This document shows positions 6,811 through 15,727 of a stretch of DNA of 16,742 nt, piece after piece; positions within the stretch are counted from its first letter, which is position 1, and each line of letters starts with the position of its first letter. The position numbers and the translations under genes are program-made. The notes beneath the pieces were generated by a model. The model worked only from the letters and a program-made list of their open reading frames with translations, was not told the origin of the DNA and made no database searches. The DNA is from Gemmatimonadota bacterium (GTDB lineage Bacteria > Gemmatimonadota > Gemmatimonadetes > Gemmatimonadales > GWC2-71-9). The stretch lies in contig QHTZ01000058.1 of the NCBI GenBank assembly GCA_003221005.1, forward strand, positions 1-16,742, read 5' to 3'.

Positions 6811-7788
6811 TCAGTACTTCGCCAGCCATCTCACCGCCTTGACGATATCCTCCGTCTGCGGCAGCACGAAATCTTCCAGCGTCGGCGCATATGGCAGCGG
6901 CACGTCGTGAGCCGTGACGCGCATGATCGGACCGTCGAGCCACTCGAACGCCTGCTCGTTGATGCGGGCCGTGATCTCGCCGGCGACGCCGCCGGTGCGC
7001 GTGTCTTCGTGCACGATCAACACCTTGTTCGTCTTGCGCACCGTGCGCATGATCGCGGCGTCGTCCAGGGGCACGAGCGTCCGCAAATCGAGCACCTCGA
7101 CCGACACGCCCTCCTGCTGCGCGAGCTGCTCGGCGGCCTCGAGCGCCTTCCACACCATCGCCCCGTACGTCACGACCGACACGTCCTTCCCCTCGCGCGC
7201 GAGGCGCGCCTCACCGATCGGCGTGAGCACCTCCCCCCCGTCCAGCGGCTCCTTCACGCGCCGGTACAGCCACTTGTGCTCCAGATAGATGACGGGGTCC
7301 TCGTCCCGGATCGCGCTCTTGATCAACCCCTTCGCGTCACGCGCGGTGGCCGGGTAGACGATCTTCAGGCCGGGCGTGTGAAAAAACGCCGCCTCGACGT
7401 TCTGCGAGTGAAACGGACCACCGCGCACGTACCCACCACAAGGCCCCCGCACCACGAGCGGCGTCGGCAGATTGGCGCGATAGCGCGCGGTCGCGACGTA
7501 GTTCGTGAGCATGTCGTAGGCGCAGGAGATGAAGTCGATGAACTGCATCTCCGCGACGGGGCGCATCCCCATGTGAGCCGCACCGGCGGCGGCGCCGACG
7601 ATTGCCGCCTCCGAGATCGGCGTATCGATGACCCGGCGCTCGCCGAACCGCTCGACAAAGCCTTCGGTCACCTTGAACGCGCCGCCGTAGGCGCCCACGT
7701 CCTCGCCAAGGATGAACACGCGCTCATCGCGCTCCATCTCCTCCCACAGCCCCTGGCGGAGCGCTTCGAGGTACGTGACCTCGGCCAT
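6811..7788 (-). CDS. 2-oxoacid dehydrogenase E1 beta subunit (BCKDH/PDH type)
   Basis: LGEDVGAYGGAFKVT, DTPISEAAIVG, EMQFIDF, GGPFHSQ, DLRTLVPLD, LDGPIMRV. Confidence 0.95.
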   Translation of the reverse strand: MAEVTYLEALRQGLWEEMERDERVFILGEDVGAYGGAFKVTEGFVERFGERRVIDTPISEAAIVGAAAGAAHMGMRPVAEMQFIDFISCAYDMLTNYVATARYRANLPTPLVVRGPCGGYVRGGPFHSQNVEAAFFHTPGLKIVYPATARDAKGLIKSAIRDEDPVIYLEHKWLYRRVKEPLDGGEVLTPIGEARLAREGKDVSVVTYGAMVWKALEAAEQLAQQEGVSVEVLDLRTLVPLDDAAIMRTVRKTNKVLIVHEDTRTGGVAGEITARINEQAFEWLDGPIMRVTAHDVPLPYAPTLEDFVLPQTEDIVKAVRWLAKY

Positions 7789-8855
7789 CAGAGACCCCGG
7801 TACCAGTGCAACGGCGCGGCAGCCGGATGGACGTACACCGCAGGGAGCGCCGACTCGGGGACGGGTAGCGGGTCGTTCGCGCAGGCGTCGGTCGCCGCGT
7901 CGATCTCGGCCGCGACACGCGCGTCGATATCGCGCAATTCACGAGCATCGGCCCAGTCGTGATCCAGCAGCTGCTTCACGTACCGGTCGATCGGGTCGTT
8001 CTCGCGAGCCCACCGCTCGAGCTCCCCGGGGGGGACGTAGTGCTGATCGTCGTGTTCGGCGTGTCCCTTGCGCCGGTACGTCACGACCTCGAGGAACTGC
8101 ACCCCTTCACCGTGCCGCGCCCGCTCGGCCGCGCGCCGTGTAGCCTCGTACACCGCCAACACGTCGTTCCCGTCCACCGTGACCGCAGGGATTCCATAGC
8201 CTTTGGCCTTGTCGGCGAGCCGCGGCACGGCGAACTGCTTGTCCGGAGGCGTGGAGTAGGCCCAATGGTTGTACTCGCCGATCACCAGGAGCGGAACCCG
8301 CTGCACCGCCGCGAGGTTCAGGCCTTCGTGGAAGGTGCCGGTGGAGGTGCCGCCGTCCCCAATGTACACAAGCGCGACGCGCGGCTCGCTGCGCAGCTTG
8401 AAAGTCAGGGCGATCCCGGCCATCACCGGGATCATGTCCCCGAGGTGCGAAATCTGCCCCAGGAACCCGAGCTCGAGATCGCCGAAGTGAACGTTGAGCT
8501 CGCGGCCGGCGCTAGGCGAGGTGCCCTTCGCCATGTACTGCCGCAGGATCTGGAGCGGCTCCGCCCCCATGACGAGCATCGAGCCAAGGTTCCGGATGAG
8601 CGGCGACAGGACATCCTTGTGGCGCCCGCGCTCGAGCGCGTACGCCGAGCCCACCGACTCCCCCTCCTGCCCCAGGGAACGAAATAATCCCCCGATCACC
8701 TTGCTCTGCCGATACAGGGCGGTAAGCCGTTCCTCGAGCGTCCGGGTGAGACGCAGGTAGCGGTAGATTTCGAGCAGTTGCTCGCCCCGGAGGCCCGCCG
8801 GCGGGGGAGGCGACGGTGAAGCGGGAGCGGGGGCGGGGGCGGCACGCGACGTCAT
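7788..8855 (-). CDS. 2-oxoacid dehydrogenase E1 alpha subunit (TPP-dependent)
   Basis: GQEG, TPP motif GDGGTSTGTFHEGLN...YN, VDGNDVLAV, TYRRKGHAEHD, DPI; TGATG overlap with E1 beta. Confidence 0.93.
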   Translation of the reverse strand: MTSRAAPAPAPASPSPPPPAGLRGEQLLEIYRYLRLTRTLEERLTALYRQSKVIGGLFRSLGQEGESVGSAYALERGRHKDVLSPLIRNLGSMLVMGAEPLQILRQYMAKGTSPSAGRELNVHFGDLELGFLGQISHLGDMIPVMAGIALTFKLRSEPRVALVYIGDGGTSTGTFHEGLNLAAVQRVPLLVIGEYNHWAYSTPPDKQFAVPRLADKAKGYGIPAVTVDGNDVLAVYEATRRAAERARHGEGVQFLEVVTYRRKGHAEHDDQHYVPPGELERWARENDPIDRYVKQLLDHDWADARELRDIDARVAAEIDAATDACANDPLPVPESALPAVYVHPAAAPLHWYRGL

Positions 8856-8914
8856 GACGTAAATTGTGATGGGCGTGAAACTTGGCGAGCGCGCCCGGCC
8901 AAATCAAGCGCTTG

Positions 8915-8923
8915 TAAGGAGGT
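8915..8923 (+). promoter_or_regulatory. Strong Shine-Dalgarno for copZ
   Basis: TAAGGAGGT ends 4 nt before ATG 8928. Confidence 0.8.
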
Positions 8924-8927
8924 GGCA

Positions 8928-9143
8928 ATGGCCAGCATCAAGTTGCGGGTGAGCGGCATGACCTGCAGCCACTGCCAGGCCAAGGTCGAACAGGCTTTGA
9001 AGGGGACGCCAGGAGTGTACTCGGCGGTGGTGGACCTGCACTCGGGCGAGGCCGAGATCGACTTCGAGGACGACCGCGCAACGCCCGGACAGCTAGTGGC
9101 CGCCGTGCAACGGGCGGGCTACGGCGCGAGGCTCGCGGGCTAG
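8928..9143 (+). CDS. copZ: Heavy-metal-associated domain copper chaperone, 71 aa
   Basis: VSGMTCSHC (GMxCxxC) and terminal AGY; strong RBS; close to copA. Confidence 0.9.
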   Translation: MASIKLRVSGMTCSHCQAKVEQALKGTPGVYSAVVDLHSGEAEIDFEDDRATPGQLVAAVQRAGYGARLAG

Positions 9144-9430
9144 TAGGCGCCCCTGACCGTGTGGGTCGGCTCGACCGCGCGGTGCACTTCCGCGAGGAAG
9201 CGCTTCGCGAGCCGGTCGAGCTCCGACTCGCCTACCTGGTCGGTGCTTACTTCCACGAACGTGTAGTGTCCCCCTTCCGCTCGCGCGGTGACCGCCACCT
9301 TGCCAAGCGTGCCGGTGTAGACGCGGCGCCGTGGTGCCTCTTCGGCGGGGACCATGCGCGCCCCGAAGAACCCCTTCGCCGCGGCGAGGACGCGCTCGGG
9401 CGCGAGCGTGGTGCGGTGAAAGTAGCGCAC
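9140..9430 (-). CDS. Hypothetical protein, 96 aa
   Basis: GTG 4 nt after the copA stop; MRYFHRTTLAPERVL...GESELDRLAKRFLAEVH...RGAY; its stop overlaps the copZ stop (CTAG). Confidence 0.7.
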   Translation of the reverse strand: MRYFHRTTLAPERVLAAAKGFFGARMVPAEEAPRRRVYTGTLGKVAVTARAEGGHYTFVEVSTDQVGESELDRLAKRFLAEVHRAVEPTHTVRGAY

Positions 9431-9434
9431 TAGC

Positions 9435-11996
9435 TCAGCTCGCCCACGCGGGCTTGAAGCGCCGCAGCGTGAGGCTGTTGAGAACCACACTCAAGCTGGA
9501 CCACGCCATCGCCGCACTCGCGATCACGGGCGACAGCAGCACCCCTACGAACGGATATAGCACGCCCGCAGCGATCGGAATGCCCAACACGTTGTAGATG
9601 AACGCCCAGAAGAGGTTCTGCCGGATCGTTCGCATGGTGCGCCCCGCAAGGTCGAAGGCAGTGACGACGCCGCGCAGGTCGCCGCGCACCAGGGTGACGT
9701 CCGACGCCTCCATCGCGATGTCGGTCCCCGTGCCGATCGCGATCCCCACGTCCGCCTGCGCCAGAGCGGGCGCGTCGTTGATGCCGTCTCCGACCATCGC
9801 CACCCGCCTCCCCTGCTTCTGCACCTTGCGGACCAGGTCCGCCTTCTGCGACGGGAGCACTTCGGGCACGACCTCGTCGATCCCGACCTCCTTCGCCACC
9901 GCCTCCGCCCCCTTACGCGAATCGCCCGATACCATGATCACGGTGAGGCCGCGTCGCTTGAGATGTGCAACCGCTTCGTGCGAAGTGGGCCGGATCGGGT
10001 CCGAAATCGCGATCACCGCGCAGATGGTGTTGTTGACGACGACGATGACCGGGCTCCGGGCCTGTGCGGCCAACCGGTCAGCGTCCTGGCCCAGGGTCCC
10101 GAGCTCGAGGCTGCGTTCGCGCGCGTGCCGGAGGGAGATGACCTCGACGATGCGGCGATCCACGGTGCCGCGGACGCCCCGGCCCTCCATGGCCGCGAAT
10201 TTGTCGACCGGGAGGATCTCGACCTGCTTGTCGCGGGCTGCCTTGAGGATCGCGTGGGCGAGCGGGTGCTCGGAGCGCTGCTCGACCGAGGCCGCCCACT
10301 TGAGCACCTCGGCGGACGAGATCGGCGTGCCGTCGGACTTCTTGGCGCTGACGATGTGCGTGACCGCGGGCTGTCCCTCGGTGATGGTCCCGGTCTTATC
10401 GAGCAGGACCGTCCGGACCCGCGAGAGCTTCTCGAGGCCTTCCCCGCTCCGGATCAGGATGCCATACTCCGCCGCCTTCCCCGTTCCCACCAGCAGCGCC
10501 GTCGGTGTCGCGAGGCCGAGGGCGCAGGGACAGGCGATGATGAGGACTGTCACGAGCGCGACCGTCGCGAACAGCAGCGCGGGCTCCGGGCCGACGTCGA
10601 ACCAGACCACGAACGCCGCGATCCCGAGGGCGATCACGATCGGCACGAACACGCTCGCCACCTGGTCCGCGACCCGCTGGATCGGGGCCTTGGTGGCCTG
10701 CGCATCTTCCACGAGCTGCACGATCTGCGCGAGCGCCGAGTCCTTGCCCACTCGCGTCGCGCGGAGCGTGAAGCTGCCCGTCGTGTTCAGCGTGCCGCCG
10801 GTGACGTGGTCGCCGATCCGCTTCGCCACCGGCATCGGCTCCCCCGTGAGCATCGACTCGTCGACGGCCGACACGCCCTCCGTGACGACACCGTCCACGG
10901 AGACCCGTCCGCCGGGCTTCACGACCACGAGGTCGCCCGGGACGACCGCCTCCACGGCGATGTCGCTCTCGCGGCCGTCGCGCAGCACGTGCGCCGTCTT
11001 CGCCTTGAGTCCAGCGAGCCGCCGGATCGCCTCCGAGGTACGCCCCTTGGCGCGAGCCTCGAGCAGGCGCCCGAGCAAGATGAGGGCGATGATCGCGGCG
11101 ACCGCTTCGTAGTAGACGTCGGCCGGGAGCCCGGCCTGTGTGAACAGGCCGGGGGCGACCGTGGCCACGAGTGAGTAGAGATACGCCGCGGCCGTGCCTA
11201 CGCCGATCAGCGTGTTCATGTCGGCGGTGCGGTGCTTCAGCCCGCTCCAGGTGCCGCGGTAGAACTGCTGCCCGGACCAGAGGATGACCGGGACCGTGAT
11301 CACCGCAAGCCCCCACTTCACCCACTCGGGATCGAGCCTCCCTCCCGGATCGAGCAAGGCCCGCAACCGTTCGGCGGACGGCATGAGCAGCCGCCCGAGC
11401 AGGTCGAAGCGCTTGGCCGTTTCCATCGTGGTGAGGGAGCGCGTGGCCATGAGGAGCATGGAGCCGAGCATCGCGACGACCGCCACCACCGCCGCGAGCG
11501 CGAATCGTCCGGCCAGCGTCCGGACCTCCCGCGCCCGCGCCAGACGCTCGCGCTCGACCGGATCCTCCGCCGCGATCGGTGCCGCGACTTGAAATCCGGC
11601 GGCCGCCACGGCGCGCTCCAGCGCCTCCGCCGTGGTCACTCCGGGCACGTAGTCCACGGTAACCATCTCCGTCGCCTGGTTCGCGACCGCCCGCACGATG
11701 CCCTTCACGCGCGCGAGCTCCCGCTCGAGCGGTGCGACGCTGGGCGCGTAGTGCAGATCGGTGACGGCGAACGCGACGGTGGCCAGGCCGCAGTCGTAGC
11801 CCGCCCCGCGGACCGTCTTGATCAGCTCGGCGACGTGAGTCTGCGCGTCGTCGTAGTCCACCGCAGCCTTGGCGGTCGCATAGTTGACGGCTGCAGAAGT
11901 GACGCCGTCGGCGTTGCTGAGCGCGTCCTGCACCGTGGCGGCGCAGCTGGCACAGCTCATCCCCTCGATCGGCAGGACGATGCGGGCTCTACTCAT
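9435..11996 (-). CDS. copA: Cu(I)-translocating P1B-1 ATPase
   Basis: [42 protein letters not shown] and MAWSS transmembrane metal ligands; ATGA overlap with the upstream gene. Confidence 0.95.
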   Translation of the reverse strand: MSRARIVLPIEGMSCASCAATVQDALSNADGVTSAAVNYATAKAAVDYDDAQTHVAELIKTVRGAGYDCGLATVAFAVTDLHYAPSVAPLERELARVKGIVRAVANQATEMVTVDYVPGVTTAEALERAVAAAGFQVAAPIAAEDPVERERLARAREVRTLAGRFALAAVVAVVAMLGSMLLMATRSLTTMETAKRFDLLGRLLMPSAERLRALLDPGGRLDPEWVKWGLAVITVPVILWSGQQFYRGTWSGLKHRTADMNTLIGVGTAAAYLYSLVATVAPGLFTQAGLPADVYYEAVAAIIALILLGRLLEARAKGRTSEAIRRLAGLKAKTAHVLRDGRESDIAVEAVVPGDLVVVKPGGRVSVDGVVTEGVSAVDESMLTGEPMPVAKRIGDHVTGGTLNTTGSFTLRATRVGKDSALAQIVQLVEDAQATKAPIQRVADQVASVFVPIVIALGIAAFVVWFDVGPEPALLFATVALVTVLIIACPCALGLATPTALLVGTGKAAEYGILIRSGEGLEKLSRVRTVLLDKTGTITEGQPAVTHIVSAKKSDGTPISSAEVLKWAASVEQRSEHPLAHAILKAARDKQVEILPVDKFAAMEGRGVRGTVDRRIVEVISLRHARERSLELGTLGQDADRLAAQARSPVIVVVNNTICAVIAISDPIRPTSHEAVAHLKRRGLTVIMVSGDSRKGAEAVAKEVGIDEVVPEVLPSQKADLVRKVQKQGRRVAMVGDGINDAPALAQADVGIAIGTGTDIAMEASDVTLVRGDLRGVVTAFDLAGRTMRTIRQNLFWAFIYNVLGIPIAAGVLYPFVGVLLSPVIASAAMAWSSLSVVLNSLTLRRFKPAWAS

Positions 11997-12427
11997 GATT
12001 CAGTCTCGTGCAACTTGTGGGGTGACGTCGCGCGCCGCCGGTCGCTCCCGGCCGGCTCGACGACGAGGAGCCCCTTCAGCATGTTCATCCCGCAGCGGAA
12101 CGGGAATTCTCCCGCCTCGAGCGGCGTGAACTCCACGGCGGTGGTCTGGAACGCGGGCAGGGCCACGTCGATCCCGAACTTGGGGAACACAAGGCGCTCG
12201 GAGCAGTCGGCCGTCTCATCGCGATAGAACTGGATCCGCACCGGATTCCCGGCCTGCACCACGATCGTGTCGGGGGTGTAGCCGCCCTTCACCGTCACGC
12301 GCACTTCCTGCACGTCTCCCGCCTCTCGCGCGACCACCGCGGGGCCACGCGAGAAGAGGAAGTACCAGAGCACCCAAACGATCGCGGCAGCACCGAAGGC
12401 GGTGACGGCGATTTGCGCGACGGTCAC
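11993..12427 (-). CDS. Membrane-anchored cupredoxin-domain protein (CupA-like), 144 aa
   Basis: N-terminal TM helix ([16 protein letters not shown]), [22 protein letters not shown]; GTG start overlapping the ino1 stop. Confidence 0.85.
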   Translation of the reverse strand: MTVAQIAVTAFGAAAIVWVLWYFLFSRGPAVVAREAGDVQEVRVTVKGGYTPDTIVVQAGNPVRIQFYRDETADCSERLVFPKFGIDVALPAFQTTAVEFTPLEAGEFPFRCGMNMLKGLLVVEPAGSDRRRATSPHKLHETES

Positions 12428-13749
12428 GCCTTCTCGTAGTACTCGATCCCGAGGTGGGTGATCTGCTCCTCCCCCATCATCCAGCGCAGCGTGTTCTTGA
12501 GCTTGGTTTGCTGGATGAAGAGGTCGTGCTCGGGGTAGAGCCCAGGGGCCGTCTGCGGGCTCTTGAAGTAAAACGACAGCCATTCCTGAATCCCGGACAT
12601 GCCGGCCCGCCGTGCGAGGTCGAACATCAGTGCGAGGTCGAGCACGATCGGGGCGGCGAGAATCGAGTCGCGGCACAGGAAATCGACCTTGATCTGCATC
12701 GGATAGCCCAGCCACCCGAAGATGTCGATGTTGTCCCAACCCTCCTTATTGTCGCCGCGGGGGGGGTAGTAATTGATGCGCACCTTGTGGAACACGTTGC
12801 CGTACAGCTCCGGGTACATCTCGGGCTGGAGGATGTACTCGAGCACGCCGAGCTTCGACTCCTCCTTCGTCTTGAACGACTCCGGGTCGTCCAGGACCTC
12901 GCCGTCACGGTTGCCGAGGATGTTGGTCGAGTACCAGCCCGACAGGCCGAGCATCCGGGCCTTGAACGCCGGGGCGAGCACCGTCTTCATCATCGTCTGG
13001 CCCGTCTTGAAGTCCTTGCCGCCGATCGGCACTCCCCGCTCGTCGGCCAGACACTCGAGCGCGGGGATGTCGACGGTGAGGTTCGGCGCGCCGTTCGCAA
13101 AGGGGACGCTCTCCATCAGGGCCGCATAGGCGTATAGCATCGACGGGGCGATGGCGGGGTCGTTCTGGTCCATCGCCTTCTCGAACGTCGCGAGCGTCTG
13201 ATGCGTGGGGCCGGGCTGGAGAAACACCTCGGTGGACGCCGCCCAGATGATCACGAGCCGGTCCGCACCGGACGCGCGCTTGAACTCTCGGATGTCTTGG
13301 CGCAGCTGCTCGGCGAGCTCGCGCTTCGTCTTTCCGCGCTTGACGTTGCTGCCCTGGAGCCGCTTGACGTACTGCTGGTCGAACGCCGCCGGCAGGGGCT
13401 GAATGCCCTTCAAAAAGGGCGCGATGGGCTCGAGGTGCTTGCCTTCGAGCACCCCCGCCTTGACGGCGGCGGTGTAGGCGTCGTCCGGGATCGGGTCCCA
13501 CGCGGCGAACACCAGGTCGCCCAGCTCGGCCAGCGGGACGAACTCGCGGATCTTCGGCGCGCGCTTCTCCGCCCGCTTGCCCAGCCGGATCGTCCCCATT
13601 TGAGAGAGCGACCCGATCGGGAGAGCGCGACCACGGCGCACGTTCTCCACGCCCGCGATGAACGTGGTGGAAACGGCGCCCAAACCGACGAGCATGACGC
13701 CAAGTTTGCCCTTCGGGGGGGCGATCTCCCGGCCGAGCTCCTGTGCCAC
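12424..13749 (-). CDS. ino1: myo-inositol-1-phosphate synthase
   Basis: GLGAVSTT, AASTE, NGAPN, GKDFKTGQT, NILGNRDG, YYPPRGDNKEGWD, RDSILAAP, YFKSP; GTG start with AAAGGA RBS just after the upstream stop. Confidence 0.95.
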   Translation of the reverse strand: MAQELGREIAPPKGKLGVMLVGLGAVSTTFIAGVENVRRGRALPIGSLSQMGTIRLGKRAEKRAPKIREFVPLAELGDLVFAAWDPIPDDAYTAAVKAGVLEGKHLEPIAPFLKGIQPLPAAFDQQYVKRLQGSNVKRGKTKRELAEQLRQDIREFKRASGADRLVIIWAASTEVFLQPGPTHQTLATFEKAMDQNDPAIAPSMLYAYAALMESVPFANGAPNLTVDIPALECLADERGVPIGGKDFKTGQTMMKTVLAPAFKARMLGLSGWYSTNILGNRDGEVLDDPESFKTKEESKLGVLEYILQPEMYPELYGNVFHKVRINYYPPRGDNKEGWDNIDIFGWLGYPMQIKVDFLCRDSILAAPIVLDLALMFDLARRAGMSGIQEWLSFYFKSPQTAPGLYPEHDLFIQQTKLKNTLRWMMGEEQITHLGIEYYEKA

Positions 13750-13751
13750 GA

Positions 13752-14450
13752 TCAGTGTCCTTTCCGCGATTGCCATGCGGGCGCATGTCCGGGCAGCGTC
13801 TCGCGCGAGCGGGCGGGCCGCACCACGCTGGGGCCAGCTGCACTCCGCGCGACGTGTACGACACGCTGCACGACAGTCACGACCGTCGCGAGCGCCAGCA
13901 CGGCGACGATCCAAAACAACAACGCTCCATTGTTCCCGGCCCCGAAGAAGACCGTGGGGGCACCCAGGAGCAGGACGCGCTCCGCCCGCTGCGCGATCCC
14001 GACGTTGCACTCGAGCCCGAGACCTTCGGCGCGGGCGCGCGCGTACGAAACGAGCAGCGAGCTCGCCAGCGCGACGCAGCACAACACCACGGCCAGCGTG
14101 AGGCGCTCGCGGGGGACGCCCCCTTGCAGGAAGTACACCGCGATCCCCGTGAACAGCGCCGACTCCCCCACGCGATCGAGCGTGGAGTCATAGAACGCGC
14201 CGAACGTCGTACGAGCTCCCCCGTCGCGCGCCACCCGGCCGTCCAGCATGTCGAACACCCCGCTGAGCAGCAGCAGGAACCCACCCGAGTGCGCGCGCCC
14301 CGCGGCGAACGCCAAGGCCGACGCGATCACCAGCAGGGTCCCGACGGTCGTGATCGTGTTGGGGCGGACGTGCATGCGAACGAGGAGCTGGACGAGCGGT
14401 CCCAGGAGCTGTAGAACGCCGCGGCGGACGACCTGGGGGATCAGATTCAT
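13752..14450 (-). CDS. CDP-alcohol phosphatidyltransferase, probably phosphatidylinositol-phosphate synthase
   Basis: PNTIT, DMLDGRVAR...GAFYDSTLD signature, SYARARAE, RAER; directly upstream of ino1. Start MNLIPQ at 14450. Confidence 0.88.
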   Translation of the reverse strand: MNLIPQVVRRGVLQLLGPLVQLLVRMHVRPNTITTVGTLLVIASALAFAAGRAHSGGFLLLLSGVFDMLDGRVARDGGARTTFGAFYDSTLDRVGESALFTGIAVYFLQGGVPRERLTLAVVLCCVALASSLLVSYARARAEGLGLECNVGIAQRAERVLLLGAPTVFFGAGNNGALLFWIVAVLALATVVTVVQRVVHVARSAAGPSVVRPARSRETLPGHAPAWQSRKGH

Positions 14451-14485
14451 TGCCGGGGGAAAGTAACGGCCCTCCGGGAGAACTT

Positions 14486-15727
14486 CTAGTAGAGCAAGTA
14501 CTTGAGCCGCGCGCGCCGAAACCGCGCCAGCGCGCGTTTCCAGCTGCGCCAGACGACGGACGGCGCAGTGCCCGCGACGAGGGCGTGTCGCAGTTCCGGA
14601 CCCGCCGCGAGGCGGTCGAAGCGCTCGGCCACGAACAGGAGGGAGTCCGGGTGCACCGCACGCACGGCCGCGAGCAGCGCGACCGCTGCCCGCGTGGGAT
14701 CGTAGCGCCTCCGGTCCGTCGCGCGCAGCCGGATCGCATTGAGTCTCAGGCCATCGTACTTGCCGTCGGTCGGGGCGCGGGGCGTGATCGTATCCGCCGT
14801 CACCGCGACGCCATCCAACCCGTCCCCCGTCCCTCCTCCCCCGTCCCGCGTCCGGCGAATGACCGCCGCCGCATCCAGCCACGGCGCTCCGATCACCTGG
14901 AACGCGAGCGCCGTGCCGCGTCCCACCGAGAGATTGGTGCCCTCGAACAGACAAGTCCCCGGGTAGTGCAGCGCGCTCTCGAGGTCCGGCATCGCGGGGG
15001 AGGGCCGCACCCAGGGCAGTCCGGTCGCGTCGTAGTACATGTCGCGACGCCACCCGGTCGCGGGCACGACGGTCAGCCGCGCGTGGACGCCGAGCACGTC
15101 GTTCGCGAGCCGCAGCAGCTCGCCCAGCGTCATCCCGGGCCGCATCGGCACGGGGAGAAAACCCACGAGCGTCGCCTCCGGCGCCGGGCGCTCGCGGACG
15201 TTGCCCTGGACGGCGACGCCCCCGAGCGGGTCAGGCCGGTCGAGCGCCACCACCGGCTTCCCGTGACGGGTCGCCTGCTCCATGAGGAGCACCGCGGTCG
15301 CGATGTACGTGTAGTACCGGGCGCCTACGTCCTGGAGGTCGATGAGCACGGCGTCGAGACTGTCCAGCTCCGCGGACGCCGCCGCCCGCGTGGCCCTGTA
15401 GAGGTTATAGATTGGGAGGCCGCTGACCGAATCACGCGCGATCGGACGTGGCGGGCGGTCCTCGGTGCCCCAGAAGCCGTGCTCGGGGCTGAACAGCACG
15501 GTGAGCCGGACGCCGGGCGCGGCGCGCAGCAGGTCCACGTCGCGGCGCCCGGCCCGATCGACGCCCGTCTGATTCGTGAGGAGACCGACGCGCTTCCCCG
15601 CGACGAGGTGGGCCGAGTCGCTGAGCAGCACCTCGATGCCCGGCCGTACCTGCGCCGGCGCGGCGCGGGGACAGGCTATGACGACCACCCACGGCACGAG
15701 AACCCGTAACGCGTAATGCGTAGGCAT
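14486..15727 (-). CDS. namZ: Exo-beta-N-acetylmuramidase NamZ (DUF1343/YbbC family), exported
   Basis: GKRVGLLTNQTG, LFSPEHG, DLQDVGARYYTY, LDRPDP, GMTLGEL, YPGTCLFEG, SVGRGT, terminal YLLY; GAGGAG RBS before ATG 15727; hydrophobic signal-like N-terminus. Confidence 0.9.
   Translation of the reverse strand: MPTHYALRVLVPWVVVIACPRAAPAQVRPGIEVLLSDSAHLVAGKRVGLLTNQTGVDRAGRRDVDLLRAAPGVRLTVLFSPEHGFWGTEDRPPRPIARDSVSGLPIYNLYRATRAAASAELDSLDAVLIDLQDVGARYYTYIATAVLLMEQATRHGKPVVALDRPDPLGGVAVQGNVRERPAPEATLVGFLPVPMRPGMTLGELLRLANDVLGVHARLTVVPATGWRRDMYYDATGLPWVRPSPAMPDLESALHYPGTCLFEGTNLSVGRGTALAFQVIGAPWLDAAAVIRRTRDGGGGTGDGLDGVAVTADTITPRAPTDGKYDGLRLNAIRLRATDRRRYDPTRAAVALLAAVRAVHPDSLLFVAERFDRLAAGPELRHALVAGTAPSVVWRSWKRALARFRRARLKYLLY
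14820..14854. repeat. Heptamer tandem array CCGTCCC-like x5 inside namZ
   Basis: CCGTCCC CCGTCCC TCCTCCC CCGTCCC GCGTCCG, the reverse complement of the unit at 6107-6134. Confidence 0.8.

Noticed and set aside
5446-7962. 838-aa plus-strand ORF and other long antisense ORFs (e.g. 9598-11112, 9963-11174, 14450-15709)
   Set aside because: Shadow frames of well-supported minus-strand genes in high-GC DNA; no recognisable motifs.
8882-8902. Sigma-54 promoter suggested by TTGGC on both strands
   Set aside because: No GC at the required GG-N10-GC spacing on either strand.
13750-15053. Long N-terminal extensions of ino1 (to 14082) and of the phosphatidyltransferase (to 15053)
   Set aside because: They overlap real upstream genes in other frames and read as Arg/Ala/Gly-rich noise.
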